A stretch of 51,606 nucleotides of DNA from contig JAZRPO010000065.1 of the NCBI GenBank assembly GCA_045649265.1, positions 1 to 51,606 of the forward strand, read 5' to 3'. Made by a program: the position numbers and the translations under genes. Numbering within the stretch: the stretch's first letter is position 1; every line of letters starts with the position of its first letter. Source of the DNA: Eubacteriales bacterium (GTDB taxonomy: Bacteria > Bacillota > Clostridia > Oscillospirales > JAAYXM01). Under the pieces are notes generated by a model that saw only the letters and a list, made by a program, of their open reading frames with translations, made no database searches and was not told the DNA's origin. Of the stretch, positions 16,885 through 28,699 are shown in pieces.

Positions 16885-17337
16885 CTATTTTTGCTCATCG
16901 CCCATATATTCCTTTGATTTTAAAACCGCAAGCAGGTCGCATCGGTTGTTTTTTTCATTACTTGCATGGCCCTTTACCCAAATAAATGAAACCTTGTGGA
17001 TTTCAAGAAGCGACAGAAGCTTATCCCACAACTCGGGATTTAATGCTTTTTCTCTTTTATTTCGCATCCACCCGTTTGCTTTCCATTTTCTTGCCCAACC
17101 CTTTTCAATACCGTCAACCACATAGCGGCTGTCGGTGAAAAGGTCAACCTCACACGGTTCACGCAAGGCGGAAAGAGCCTCTATCACTCCGCAAAGCTCC
17201 ATGCGGTTGTTTGTGGTTTGCTTTTCGCCTCCGGAGAGCTCTTTTTCTTTTCCCATATATTCAAGTATTGCGCCCCAGCCTCCCGGCCCGGGATTGCCGG
17301 AGCAAGCGCCGTCAGTGTAAATTGAAACCTTCTTCAT
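16885..17337 (-). CDS. rnhA: ribonuclease HI
   Basis: 150 aa: [17 protein letters not shown]...TTNNRMEL...DSRYV...[18 protein letters not shown]. Confidence 0.9.
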   Translation of the reverse strand: MKKVSIYTDGACSGNPGPGGWGAILEYMGKEKELSGGEKQTTNNRMELCGVIEALSALREPCEVDLFTDSRYVVDGIEKGWARKWKANGWMRNKREKALNPELWDKLLSLLEIHKVSFIWVKGHASNEKNNRCDLLAVLKSKEYMGDEQK

Positions 17338-17401
17338 TTAAAACCTCGCCTGAGAATGTTTTTGGGCGACCGCTCAGGGTCGCCCCTACACAAAACTTCG
17401 T

Positions 17402-19885
17402 TTATTCCTCTGCGCTTTCCGACACTGCTTCCTCTTCCTCATGCGGTGCTGCCGCAACAGAAATAACCTTTACGCCCTCTCCGACACGCATGAGAATTAC
17501 TCCGCGCGTAACACGGCCCAAGCAGCTTATGTCGCGAGCCGGCAGACGGATAATAATACCATCATTTGAGATAATCATAACATCTTGTGAGTCATCAACC
17601 ATTATAACGCTTGCTATCTCGCCTGTCTTTTCACTGATGTTATAGTTCATGATACCCTTACCATAACGGCTTTGGAGGCGATATTCGGAAACCTCTGTCC
17701 TCTTTCCGAGGCCGTTTTCCGTAACAGTCAGGATGTCCTTGCCCTCGCATATTGCTGCAGCTCCGATAAGGTAATCTCCTTCTTTTAAGTCAATTCCGTA
17801 AACTCCGCCGGCTTCTCGGCCTGTTGAACGGATATCGGTTGCCGCAAAACGAATAGCCATGCCCTTTCGGGTTGCAAGCATAATCTCGCTCTTCTCATCC
17901 GTAAGCATTACGGAAATGAGCTCATCCTCATCGTCAAGACCGATAGCGCGAACACCTGCTTTTCTCGTTGAATCAACTCTTGAAAGCGCAATTCTCTTTA
18001 CTATTCCGTTCTTTGTGGCCATAACGAGATAATGCTCATCGTTAAACTCCTTGATTGAGAGCATCGTCGTAACCTTCTCATCGGGCTCAAATGCAATTAG
18101 GTTTACTATATTCATTCCCACTGCCGTGCGGCTTGATTCAGGAATATTAAATCCCTTCATGCGATACATTCTTCCGCGTGTGGTAAAGAACAGAATGTAA
18201 TCGTGGCTTGATGCCGTGAACATGGTTTCAACAAAGTCCTCTTCCTTCTGCTTCATAGCAGAAACGCCCCGACCTCCACGGTTCTGCGAGCGGTAAACCG
18301 AAATTGGCATGCGCTTGATATATCCACGGTGAGTAAGTGTGTATGCACAATCCTCAACGGGAATCAGGTCCTCAATGTCAATTTCGTTATCAATCGGACA
18401 AATCTCAGTTCTTCTTTCATCTCCGTATTTTGAACGGATTACAAGGAGCTCATCTTTAAGTATTCCTGCAACAAGCGCATCAGATTCAAGAACCTCCTTG
18501 CAATATGCAATTTTCTTCATGAGCTCATTATATTCCGCATCAATCTTTTCGCGTTCAAGTCCCTGCAATCTTGCGAGACGCATATCAAGAACAGCCTGCG
18601 CCTGAACATCGCTCATTCCGAAGGTTTCCATAAGGCGTATCTTTGCATCATCATAGCTTGTGCGGATTATCTTGATAATTTCGTCAATATGGTCAAGAGC
18701 AATCCTGAGCCCTTCAAGAATATGAGCTCTCGCCTCTGCTTTTTTGAGCTCAAAAGCAGTTCTGCGACGGATAACATCCTTCTGGAACAGTATGTAGTTA
18801 TCAAGAATGTCGCGGAGGGAAAGGGTTTTGGGCTTATTGTCAACAAGGGCAAGAAGAATAACGCCGAAGGTTGACTGCATCTGTGTATGCTTAAAGAGTA
18901 AATTGAGAACAACTTGCGGATTTGCTGACCTTGAAAGCTCAATTACAACGCGCATACCCTCGCGGCTTGACTCGTCCTGAATGTTTGTGATTCCCTCGAT
19001 GGTTTTATTCTTTACAAGCTCAGCTATATGCTCAATAAGGCGCGCCTTATTGACCATATACGGAAGCTCTGTTGCAACGATTCTGTATCTTCCGTTGTCA
19101 AACTCCTCTATCTCCGTCTTTGCACGGACCTTAAGAAGACCTTTTCCCGTTGCATATGCCGCACGGATGCCTGCCATACCCATAATAATGCCGGCAGTCG
19201 GAAAGTCCGGACCCTTAATATGCTCCATTATATCAGCAAGCGTTGCCTCGGGATTATCAATAATCTCGATAACCGCATCTATAACCTCAGAAAGATTATG
19301 CGGAGGAATGTTTGTTGTCATACCGACGGCAATACCGTTACTTCCGTTTACAAGGAGTGACGGAATTCGTGACGGAAGAACTGACGGCTCTTCGTGGTAA
19401 CCGTCAAAGTTCGGAACAAAATCAACGGTTTCTTTATCTATATCTGCAAGCATTTCAAGGGCAATTTTTGAAAGCCTTGCTTCCGTATAACGGTATGCAG
19501 CGGCAGGGTCACCATCAATCGAACCGAAGTTTCCCTGCCCGTCAACCATCGGGTAACGCAGGGAGAACGGCTGTGCCATACGGACCATTGCATCATAAAC
19601 AGATGAGTCGCCGTGGGGGTGATATTTACCGAGAACGTCACCAACAGTAGTTGCGCTCTTTCTGTATGCCTTGTCGGGAGTAAGCCCTGCTTCGTACATT
19701 GTATAGAGAATTCTGCGGTGAACGGGCTTTAAGCCGTCGCGGACATCCGGAAGCGCACGACCTACTATAACGGACATTGAATAATCTATGTATGCCCGCT
19801 TCATCTCCTGATTAAGTTCAACATCTATAATCTTTTCGATTTCAAGATGGTTTAAAGGTTTGTCGTTTTTATTTGTTTTAGACAT
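17402..19885 (-). CDS. gyrA: DNA gyrase subunit A
   Basis: 827 aa: [20 protein letters not shown], catalytic [28 protein letters not shown]-terminal beta-pinwheel repeats. Confidence 0.97.
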   Translation of the reverse strand: MSKTNKNDKPLNHLEIEKIIDVELNQEMKRAYIDYSMSVIVGRALPDVRDGLKPVHRRILYTMYEAGLTPDKAYRKSATTVGDVLGKYHPHGDSSVYDAMVRMAQPFSLRYPMVDGQGNFGSIDGDPAAAYRYTEARLSKIALEMLADIDKETVDFVPNFDGYHEEPSVLPSRIPSLLVNGSNGIAVGMTTNIPPHNLSEVIDAVIEIIDNPEATLADIMEHIKGPDFPTAGIIMGMAGIRAAYATGKGLLKVRAKTEIEEFDNGRYRIVATELPYMVNKARLIEHIAELVKNKTIEGITNIQDESSREGMRVVIELSRSANPQVVLNLLFKHTQMQSTFGVILLALVDNKPKTLSLRDILDNYILFQKDVIRRRTAFELKKAEARAHILEGLRIALDHIDEIIKIIRTSYDDAKIRLMETFGMSDVQAQAVLDMRLARLQGLEREKIDAEYNELMKKIAYCKEVLESDALVAGILKDELLVIRSKYGDERRTEICPIDNEIDIEDLIPVEDCAYTLTHRGYIKRMPISVYRSQNRGGRGVSAMKQKEEDFVETMFTASSHDYILFFTTRGRMYRMKGFNIPESSRTAVGMNIVNLIAFEPDEKVTTMLSIKEFNDEHYLVMATKNGIVKRIALSRVDSTRKAGVRAIGLDDEDELISVMLTDEKSEIMLATRKGMAIRFAATDIRSTGREAGGVYGIDLKEGDYLIGAAAICEGKDILTVTENGLGKRTEVSEYRLQSRYGKGIMNYNISEKTGEIASVIMVDDSQDVMIISNDGIIIRLPARDISCLGRVTRGVILMRVGEGVKVISVAAAPHEEEEAVSESAEE

Positions 19886-19906
19886 ATGTGTTTACCTCTT
19901 CTTTAA

Positions 19907-21859
<1,953 letters not shown>

Positions 21860-21863
21860 TTAA

Positions 21864-22127
21864 TCAATTTTCTGTTTCAATAAGTTCTTCGCAACGTATC
21901 TTCAACGTCTGCGGAGAAATTTGAGATATATAAACTCTTTCCTTGTTATCCTCGCGGGTAACGATAAAGGAACGGGGAATATCATCACAAACATTTATAA
22001 CATGTTTTGTTTTTTCCTTTTTTGAGAGAAATGCTTTTGTTCTCTTTGACTGAGATGTAATTTCAAGATCAAAAATTCCTATTATTGAGCTCTTTGAAAT
22101 AAGCTTTCCTCTCCCTATATGGAGAAA
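21864..22127 (-). CDS. remB: DUF370 / RemB-like small protein
   Basis: Conserved recF-remB-gyrB position. FLHIGRGKLISKSSIIGIFDLE. In-frame GTG at 22127 lies 8 nt after AAGGAG, directly following the recF stop. The tracked ORF to 22175 overlaps recF. Confidence 0.75.
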   Translation of the reverse strand, partial: FLHIGRGKLISKSSIIGIFDLEITSQSKRTKAFLSKKEKTKHVINVCDDIPRSFIVTREDNKERVYISQISPQTLKIRCEELIETEN

Positions 22128-22143
22128 CACAGCATCATCTCCT

Positions 22144-23253
22144 TTATTTGCTTTCTTCGGCAATAATTTTGCCACAGCTTACGGTAAAAATCTTACCGTG
22201 AAAAAACTCCGAAAACATTGACGAATCGCAACCGGTTATAATCGTCTGCCCTCGGTTTGCATCGTTAATAAGATAGTCGCGGCGGGACTGGTCAAGCTCG
22301 CTCAAAACATCATCAAGCAGGAGAATTGGCTTCTCTCCCGAATCCTTTTCAAAGATTTCGTGTTCTGCCGATTTAAGTGCTAAAACCGCCGACCTTATCT
22401 GACCCTGAGAGCCAAAGTCACGAGCGCTTTTTCCGTTAATCTCAACAGAAAAGTCATCCCGATGCGCCCCAATCAGACACATTCCTGAGGAAAGCTCTGC
22501 CTTTCTTCTCTCCTTTAAATGATAAATGAGCCTTTTTTTGTTTTCTTCATCCGATGTGTTTTCTATAGAGCTTGCGCATGAATATATAAGAGAAAGCTCT
22601 TCCTTTCCCCCTGAAAGCTCTTTTCCTACACGCAAAATTATTTTATTTGCTTTATCTAAAAATTCTCCGCGCTCTTTTACTATATAAGAATATACCTCTG
22701 AAAGCTTTTCATCGAGAATATCGAGAAAATCAAAATATTTTTCTCTTCCCGTCTCCATTTTTAATATTCTTTTTTTGTTTTCAATTATCTTGTTATGCTC
22801 AGCAAGTGCTCTTATATATGACGGCCTCATCTGAGAAATTGCAATGTTCAAAAATCTTCTTCTTACAGAAGGCCCGTCTTTAATGAGCTTTAAATCATCA
22901 GGCGAAAAAACAACGGTTTTTATAAGCCCAATGTGTTCTGACGGTCTTTTTTCTTCTATTCCGTTAACAATTATTTTCCTGGCGCCGTTCTTTATTTTGC
23001 AAAGAACATCAAACTTTCTTCCGTAAGCTTCAAAGCTTCCGTTAATCAAAGCTTCTTCTTCTCCGCTCATTACAGCGTCAAAATCCTTTGAAGAACGAAA
23101 TGTTTTCAGGCAGGAAAGATAGAAAATTGATTCAATAAGATTTGTCTTTCCCTGTGCGTTTTCTCCAAATATAAGATTTTGACCCTCACAAAAAGAAACT
23201 TCTGCCGATTTATAATTTCGAAAATTTTGAAGAGACAGATTTTCTATTCTCAT
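22144..23253 (-). CDS. recF: DNA replication and repair protein RecF
   Basis: 369 aa. Walker A GENAQGKTNLIES, signature region SQGQIRSAVLALK, LLLDDVLSELD. Confidence 0.95.
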   Translation of the reverse strand: MRIENLSLQNFRNYKSAEVSFCEGQNLIFGENAQGKTNLIESIFYLSCLKTFRSSKDFDAVMSGEEEALINGSFEAYGRKFDVLCKIKNGARKIIVNGIEEKRPSEHIGLIKTVVFSPDDLKLIKDGPSVRRRFLNIAISQMRPSYIRALAEHNKIIENKKRILKMETGREKYFDFLDILDEKLSEVYSYIVKERGEFLDKANKIILRVGKELSGGKEELSLIYSCASSIENTSDEENKKRLIYHLKERRKAELSSGMCLIGAHRDDFSVEINGKSARDFGSQGQIRSAVLALKSAEHEIFEKDSGEKPILLLDDVLSELDQSRRDYLINDANRGQTIITGCDSSMFSEFFHGKIFTVSCGKIIAEESK

Positions 23254-23256
23254 TTT

Positions 23257-24366
23257 TTACTCTGCTTTAAGCCTTACAGGGAGAATAAGATGCAAATATT
23301 CTTCTCCTTCAGGCGGAGTTATTATAATTGGCGCAACATGAGTATTAAGCTCAAGGTCAACCTCATCATTCGGGCAAGCTCTGAGTGCATCAAGGAGATA
23401 TTTGTGGTTAAATCCTATTTCGAGTGTATCTCCGTTGTTTAAAAGAGCGCATTCGTCTTTCGATGATCCGATAGGCGTTTTACAGCTTATATGAAGTGTT
23501 TTCTCGGTAAAATTGAGATGTACTGGGTTTTTAATTCTCTCATTTATAAGTATCGAAACACGCTCAATGGCAGTTATAAGGTCGCGACGGTTTACTCTAA
23601 CTTTAAATGCGTTTGTCTTTGGAACTGCATTTTTATAGTTTAAGAAATCTCCGTCTAAAATTCTTGAAATTATCATTGAATCAGAAAGCTCAAAAATTAT
23701 ATGCTTCTTTCCTACACAAATAGAAACTTTTTCATCAGATTCTTCACAGAGCTTTTCAACCTCTTTCAGGGTTGCTCCCGGAACAACAAAAGAAAAGCTT
23801 TCTTCTTCGCTTTCGTTCTTTATCTCAGAAGTTCTGTAAGATAAACGGAATCCGTCAACAGAGCAAACAGTAACCTTATCTCCGTTTACATCAAACAGAG
23901 ATCCTGTGTGAACGGGTTTTGATTCATCTCCGCTTATGGCAAATATAGTTTGAGAAATCATTTGCTTTAAATCGTTTTGAGAAAAAGAAAGGAAAAATTT
24001 CTTTTCAATTTCCGGAAGAGCTGGAAAATCTCTTGCAGAAAGGCAAACAACCTCATGGCGAACATTTTTACAAACAACGGTTGCAAACATATTGTCGTCT
24101 GTAGAGAATGTAATCGGCTCATCAGGAAGAAGCCTTACTATATCGTATAAAATCTTTGCGTTTACTACTATTTTTCCACTCTCGTAAATCTCAGCCGGAA
24201 CTTTAACCTTAATGCCGGTAGAAAGGTCATACCCTGTAAGAGTTAAAACATCTTCTGCATCAATCAGAAGGCCTTCCATAACAGGTATTGCGCTCTTTGT
24301 TGCAACAGCCCAAGAGGTTCTGGTGATAGCTGTCATAAGAACTGATTTTTCACAAATAAATTTCAT
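23257..24366 (-). CDS. dnaN: DNA polymerase III beta sliding clamp
   Basis: 369 aa with three-domain clamp organisation, in the conserved position after dnaA. Confidence 0.95.
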   Translation of the reverse strand: MKFICEKSVLMTAITRTSWAVATKSAIPVMEGLLIDAEDVLTLTGYDLSTGIKVKVPAEIYESGKIVVNAKILYDIVRLLPDEPITFSTDDNMFATVVCKNVRHEVVCLSARDFPALPEIEKKFFLSFSQNDLKQMISQTIFAISGDESKPVHTGSLFDVNGDKVTVCSVDGFRLSYRTSEIKNESEEESFSFVVPGATLKEVEKLCEESDEKVSICVGKKHIIFELSDSMIISRILDGDFLNYKNAVPKTNAFKVRVNRRDLITAIERVSILINERIKNPVHLNFTEKTLHISCKTPIGSSKDECALLNNGDTLEIGFNHKYLLDALRACPNDEVDLELNTHVAPIIITPPEGEEYLHLILPVRLKAE

Positions 24367-24627
24367 GTCAAGCTTCCTTTCTCAATCCTTAAAAAAATTT
24401 TTTCTTTAAGGGAAGAATATTTTTTTATAAAAAAGAATATAATATATATTTTAGTATTATTAGTATAGGCTGATGAAACTGTGGAAAACCCTAAATTTCT
24501 GCAGAATTACAGGAAAATTTCTTCCACAGCTGCTTGTTGATTTCTTTTTATTTTTCCACAGGTAAAAAAGAAAAAAAGATTTATCAACAGGAATTAGCTG
24601 TGGATTCTACAAGTAAATTGTTGAAAT
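24367..24627. other. oriC: AT-rich unwinding region plus a cluster of five DnaA-box-like 9-mers
   Basis: AT-rich stretch at about 24400-24470. Boxes: TGTGGAAAA 24480-24488, TCTTCCACA 24520-24528, TTTTCCACA 24552-24560, TTATCAACA 24581-24589, TGTGGATTC 24599-24607 (consensus TTATCCACA). Confidence 0.7.
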
Positions 24628-25935
24628 TTACGGAGTAAGAACGGAATTTTTTACATCCTGGATTTTTTCGCGGAGAACAGCATCGTCTTTAAGCTGCTCT
24701 TCAAGTGAATCAATAGAGTGCATAACTGTAGAGTGGTTTTTATTGAAAACCTCTCCCATTTTAGGGAAGGAAAGATGAGTCATATCCCGAACCATATACA
24801 TAGCAATCTTTCGCGCCTCTACCATCTTCTGTGAGCGGTCCGTTCCTACTATATCTTCGTAGGATATTTCAAAGTATTTTGAAACAGCCTTGATAATAAA
24901 CTCGGGCGTGGGATTAATCCACGGATTTTCCGCGAATATATCACGAATTGCGCGTTCTGCGGCCTGCATACCGTCAACATCCTGGAGAAGGTCGCGATAT
25001 GCAAGAAGCTTATGAACTGCGCCTTCAAGCTGACGGACGTTTGCCGTAACGTTATTTGCAATAATCTCTTTTTGTTCAGGTGTAAGAGAAAGGCCTATCA
25101 AATCTGCTTTGAGGCTGATAATTGCCATTCTGGTTTCAAAATCAGGTGGCTCAATATCTGCAATAAGGCCGCATTCAAATCGGGTGCGGAGCCTGTCCTC
25201 CAGCTTTGCCATTTCCTTTGGCGGGCGGTCAGAGGTGAGAACTATCTGATGCCTTGCCTCATAGAGCGCGTTAAAGGTATGAAAAAATTCTTCCTGTGTG
25301 CTGTCCTTTCCTGCTATGAACTGAATATCGTCAACAAGAAGAATATCAGAATTTCTGTATTTGTCGCGAAATTCCGAGAGCGTTCTTTTTTGAAGCGCGT
25401 CAATAAGCTCGTTTGTAAAATCTTCGCTCTTAACATAGGTAATTCTGGCATTCGGGTTATTCTTTTTCACTGTTCCCGCAATAGCATAGAGAAGATGAGT
25501 TTTCCCGAGCCCGCTTTCTCCATGTATAAGGAGAGGGTTATAGGTAGTGCCCGGAGCTTCGGCAACAGCCTTTGCTGCAGCATGCGCAAATTTATTTGAG
25601 TTGCCGACAATAAATTTTTCAAAGGAATATTCATAATCAATCGGGATTATTTTGCTTGGAGCATTGTTTCTTTTTTCATACTCATCGCGAGATAAAAGCT
25701 CAAATTCAATAGGTGCAGAAAAAACAGCGTACAGCGCATCTAAAATTTTTTGAGAATGAACTCGTTGAATTACATCCTTTTTAAAAGGAGCAGGTGTGAC
25801 AAGGAGCAAAGAGTTGTCCGAAAACTCGACAGCGTCAATGTCATCAAACCATGTATCAAGAGTTGTCCGGCTCATTTTAAGGTCATCTCTCATGACTCTC
25901 AAAACGCTCTTCCAGATGTCTGATGCGTTGTTCAT
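24628..25935 (-). CDS. dnaA: chromosomal replication initiator DnaA
   Basis: 435 aa. AAA+ Walker A GESGLGKTHLL, LLVDDIQF, sensor and box VII motifs. C-terminal DNA-binding domain (ARKIAMYMVRDMTHLSFPKMGEVFNKNHSTVMHS). Confidence 0.97.
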   Translation of the reverse strand: MNNASDIWKSVLRVMRDDLKMSRTTLDTWFDDIDAVEFSDNSLLLVTPAPFKKDVIQRVHSQKILDALYAVFSAPIEFELLSRDEYEKRNNAPSKIIPIDYEYSFEKFIVGNSNKFAHAAAKAVAEAPGTTYNPLLIHGESGLGKTHLLYAIAGTVKKNNPNARITYVKSEDFTNELIDALQKRTLSEFRDKYRNSDILLVDDIQFIAGKDSTQEEFFHTFNALYEARHQIVLTSDRPPKEMAKLEDRLRTRFECGLIADIEPPDFETRMAIISLKADLIGLSLTPEQKEIIANNVTANVRQLEGAVHKLLAYRDLLQDVDGMQAAERAIRDIFAENPWINPTPEFIIKAVSKYFEISYEDIVGTDRSQKMVEARKIAMYMVRDMTHLSFPKMGEVFNKNHSTVMHSIDSLEEQLKDDAVLREKIQDVKNSVLTP

Positions 25936-25969
25936 AGATAACTTTCCCCCACTTTATTATTATGACTGT

Positions 25970-25998
25970 ATTATAACAGAAAACGGAAAAAAAGTAAA
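25970..25998 (-). promoter_or_regulatory. candidate dnaA promoter
   Basis: - strand TTTACT, 17 nt, TATAAT. Confidence 0.4.
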
Positions 25999-26092
25999 CA
26001 CAATTTACATATATTATTTATATATTACACCAATAATTTCTGACATTTTTTGTTTATGGAGCAAAAGAAAAAGAAGAAGGAGAAAAAAAGAG

Positions 26093-26122
26093 TTGACATA
26101 TTGCAGTCATTTCAATTATAAT
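26093..26122 (+). promoter_or_regulatory. candidate rpmH promoter
   Basis: TTGACA (26093-26098), 18 nt, TATAAT (26117-26122). Confidence 0.5.
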
Positions 26123-26195
26123 ATCCAATGACACTGTATCGAAAAGTGTAAGGCTTTTGCTTTTCACTAAAATTTATAACGGAGGTGTAAACAGA

Positions 26196-26330
26196 ATGGT
26201 ACGTACTTATCAGCCAAAGAAGCTTCATCGCTCAAAGGTTCACGGTTTCCGCAAGAGAATGGCAACCCGCAACGGTCGCAAGGTTTTATCTGCCCGCCGT
26301 GCAAAAGGCAGAAATAGGCTTACTCACTAA
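26196..26330 (+). CDS. rpmH: 50S ribosomal protein L34 (below the ORF-track length cutoff)
   Basis: Translates to [47 protein letters not shown] ggaggtg 8 nt upstream. Confidence 0.92.
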   Translation: MVRTYQPKKLHRSKVHGFRKRMATRNGRKVLSARRAKGRNRLTH

Positions 26331-26398
26331 GTCATGTCAGACAGAGCGGAGGTAATGTCCTTAATAGTTCCGCTCTGAAAAAGGATTTAGCCCATGTA

Positions 26399-26428
26399 GC
26401 CTTCGGATTTTCCGATTCGGGCTTTTTC
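26399..26428 (+). terminator. possible partial terminator/attenuator between rpmH and rnpA
   Basis: gcc..tcgga-ttt-tccga..ggc hairpin followed by TTTTTCTTTTT. A separate 9-bp hairpin, cagagcgga/tccgctctg, is at 26342-26377. Confidence 0.35.
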
Positions 26429-26447
26429 TTTTTATTTGGAGAAATTT

Positions 26448-26795
26448 ATGAAAAAAACGGTGTCTATCAAAACAAACAGGGAATTCCGGTTTTTATATCA
26501 TCGGGGAAAAACCGCAGTAACTCCCATTCTTGCAATGTATGCAAGGAAAACAAAAAATACCTCAAACAAAATAGGAATCACTGTAAGCACAAAAGTCGGA
26601 AAGGCAGTTGTGCGAAATCGCGTGCGCCGGCGCATTCGCGAGGCGTATCGAAAAAACGAAGAGCTTTTTCTTTCGGGAATTAATCTTGTCGTAGTTGCAA
26701 GAAAGCGTGCAAGTGTGGAGAGCTTTTCGGAAATAGAGAAGAATCTGCTCAAATTGGCCGGAAGTCTGGGTATTCTTTCGGAGGAGCGGAAATGA
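26448..26795 (+). CDS. rnpA: ribonuclease P protein component
   Basis: ATG at 26448 after ggag. Basic protein with the RNR motif ([17 protein letters not shown]). Confidence 0.9.
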   Translation: MKKTVSIKTNREFRFLYHRGKTAVTPILAMYARKTKNTSNKIGITVSTKVGKAVVRNRVRRRIREAYRKNEELFLSGINLVVVARKRASVESFSEIEKNLLKLAGSLGILSEERK

Positions 26796-27004
26796 AGAGT
26801 CTTCTCATAGGATTGATTAAGTTTTACAGACGCGCCATTTCGCCGAACAAAGCCCCTTGTTGCAGATTTATTCCGACCTGCTCGGAGTATGCTTTGCAGG
26901 CGATAGAGAAATACGGCGCAATCAAGGGCGGATATCTTGCAGTTAAAAGAATTTGCAGGTGTCATCCCTTCTCAAAAAAAAGCGGATATGACCCCGTTCC
27001 GTAA
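26792..27004 (+). CDS. yidD: membrane protein insertion efficiency factor YidD
   Basis: 70 aa: [11 protein letters not shown]....[22 protein letters not shown]...RICRCHPF. Confidence 0.9.
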   Translation: MKSLLIGLIKFYRRAISPNKAPCCRFIPTCSEYALQAIEKYGAIKGGYLAVKRICRCHPFSKKSGYDPVP

Positions 27005-27024
27005 CATTTCAAAGAACGGGTATA

Positions 27025-27921
27025 ATGAAAGGGAAAATTATGTACAATACATTACTTGTTCAACCGTTTGGCTGGATTTTGCGAATGAGTTATAACCTTG
27101 TCGGGTCATATGGTGTTGCAATTATCATTTTTACAATCATCGCAAAGCTCATTATGCTCCCTTTCCAGATGAAGAGTAAAAAGAGCATGCTTGAGATGAA
27201 CAGGCTCCAACCAAAGCTCAAAGAGCTTGAAAAAAAGTATAAAAACGACAAAGAGCGCTATTCTCAGGAGGTTTCAAAGCTTTATAAGAACGAGGGAGTT
27301 TCCATGTTCGGTGGCTGCCTTCCGCTTCTTATAACCTTACCTATTATGATAGGGCTTTATTCCGTTGTCCGTCAACCGCTTACCCACATTTTCCAGATAA
27401 GCAGCGAGCAGATTGCTCAGATGGCGGAAGCTCTCCGTGCCGCCGGTGTTACGGCAGGGATTACGGGTGCTGCGGAAAAGAGTGCATATATGCTTGAAAT
27501 CGGCGTCGCTTCGCATCTTAAAGAATATGGCGAAATTATCACAAATATTGCGCCGAAGCTTGCAGAAGTTGATTTCAGCTTCCTCGGTATAGACCTTGCG
27601 GCAATTCCGAACTTTAAATATATTACCCCGATGTGGGTAATTCCGATTCTTTCCGGTTTGACCGCATGGCTTTCAAACTGGCTTCTCCGTCGTTCCCAGC
27701 CGGTTAGAGAGGATGCTCCTGCTCAGAATATGGGCATGATGAATGTTCTTATGCCGTTTATGTCGGTTTATATTGCGTTTGTTGTTCCGGCAGGCCTCGG
27801 GCTTTACTGGATCATAAGCAATATCCTTACAACCGTGCAGGAGCCGTTGCTTACGGCGTATTACAACAAAAAGGCCGAGAAAGCCTTAGAAGGAGAAAAA
27901 AATCATGGCGCGAAAAATTGA
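27025..27921 (+). CDS. yidC: YidC/Oxa1-family membrane protein insertase
   Basis: 298 aa with the 5-TM core and GCLPLLITLPIMIGLY / PAGLGLYWIISNILT motifs. An alternative ATG is at 27040. Confidence 0.9.
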   Translation: MKGKIMYNTLLVQPFGWILRMSYNLVGSYGVAIIIFTIIAKLIMLPFQMKSKKSMLEMNRLQPKLKELEKKYKNDKERYSQEVSKLYKNEGVSMFGGCLPLLITLPIMIGLYSVVRQPLTHIFQISSEQIAQMAEALRAAGVTAGITGAAEKSAYMLEIGVASHLKEYGEIITNIAPKLAEVDFSFLGIDLAAIPNFKYITPMWVIPILSGLTAWLSNWLLRRSQPVREDAPAQNMGMMNVLMPFMSVYIAFVVPAGLGLYWIISNILTTVQEPLLTAYYNKKAEKALEGEKNHGAKN

Positions 27922-28654
27922 AGTTTGCGGAAAAACGATAGACGAGGCCATTGAAAAGGGCCTTTTGGAATTAGGGCTTGAACGCGAAGAGGTTACGGTT
28001 GAGGTTCTTGAAAATCCAAAATCGGGTTTTTTTGGAATAGGCTCAAGCCCTGCAAGAATTAAGATGAAGGTATTTTCAGAGACGGAAGAGGACGACGATG
28101 AAGAAGAGACTGTTGTCGTAGCCGAACCGCCGAAGACAGAAAAGAAAGCTAAGAAAGCAGCTTCTTCTGATGCTGCAAACAATGAAGCGAAAGAGTTTTT
28201 GACAAAGGTTTTAGGCTATATTTGCGAAGATGCCCATGTTGAAGAAAAAGAGGGCGAGGACGGTTTTATCTGCCTCGAAATCGTAGGCCCAAACCTTGGT
28301 GGAATAATCGGTCGCCGGGGAGAAACTCTCGATGCGCTTCAACACCTCACAAGCCTTGTATGCAATCGCAAAAGCGAAGGCAAAAAGAGAATTTCTCTCG
28401 ATGCGGAGAACTACCGTGCAAAGAGAAGCGAATCGCTTGACCGCTTTGCCCGCCGCGCTGCGAGCCAGGTAATAAAATATAAGAGAAACAAAGCTCTTGA
28501 ACCGATGAACGCATATGAAAGGCATATTGTTCACGTTGCTTTGCAGGGAATGGAGAACATCTCCACGACATCTGTAGGCGTTGAGCCAAACCGCCGTGTT
28601 ATAATCAACTACACAGGGCCTGATGCGCGCCCGAGCAACCGCAACAGAGCATAA
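27905..28654 (+). CDS. jag: Jag/KhpB RNA-binding protein (Jag_N + KH + R3H)
   Basis: 249 aa: N-terminal GKTIDEAIEKGLLELG, acidic linker, KH GGIIGRRGETLDALQ, R3H LEPMNAYERHIVH. Confidence 0.85.
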   Translation: MARKIEVCGKTIDEAIEKGLLELGLEREEVTVEVLENPKSGFFGIGSSPARIKMKVFSETEEDDDEEETVVVAEPPKTEKKAKKAASSDAANNEAKEFLTKVLGYICEDAHVEEKEGEDGFICLEIVGPNLGGIIGRRGETLDALQHLTSLVCNRKSEGKKRISLDAENYRAKRSESLDRFARRAASQVIKYKRNKALEPMNAYERHIVHVALQGMENISTTSVGVEPNRRVIINYTGPDARPSNRNRA

Positions 28655-28666
28655 ATTTCAGACAAA

Positions 28667-28695
28667 AAGCCTGAACGGATATTCCGTTCAGGCTT
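28667..28695. terminator. bidirectional terminator (jag / decarboxylase-fold gene, convergent)
   Basis: aagcctgaacgga-tat-tccgttcaggctt 13-bp stem, with an A-run before and T-rich sequence after. Confidence 0.65.
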
Positions 28696-28699
28696 AATT

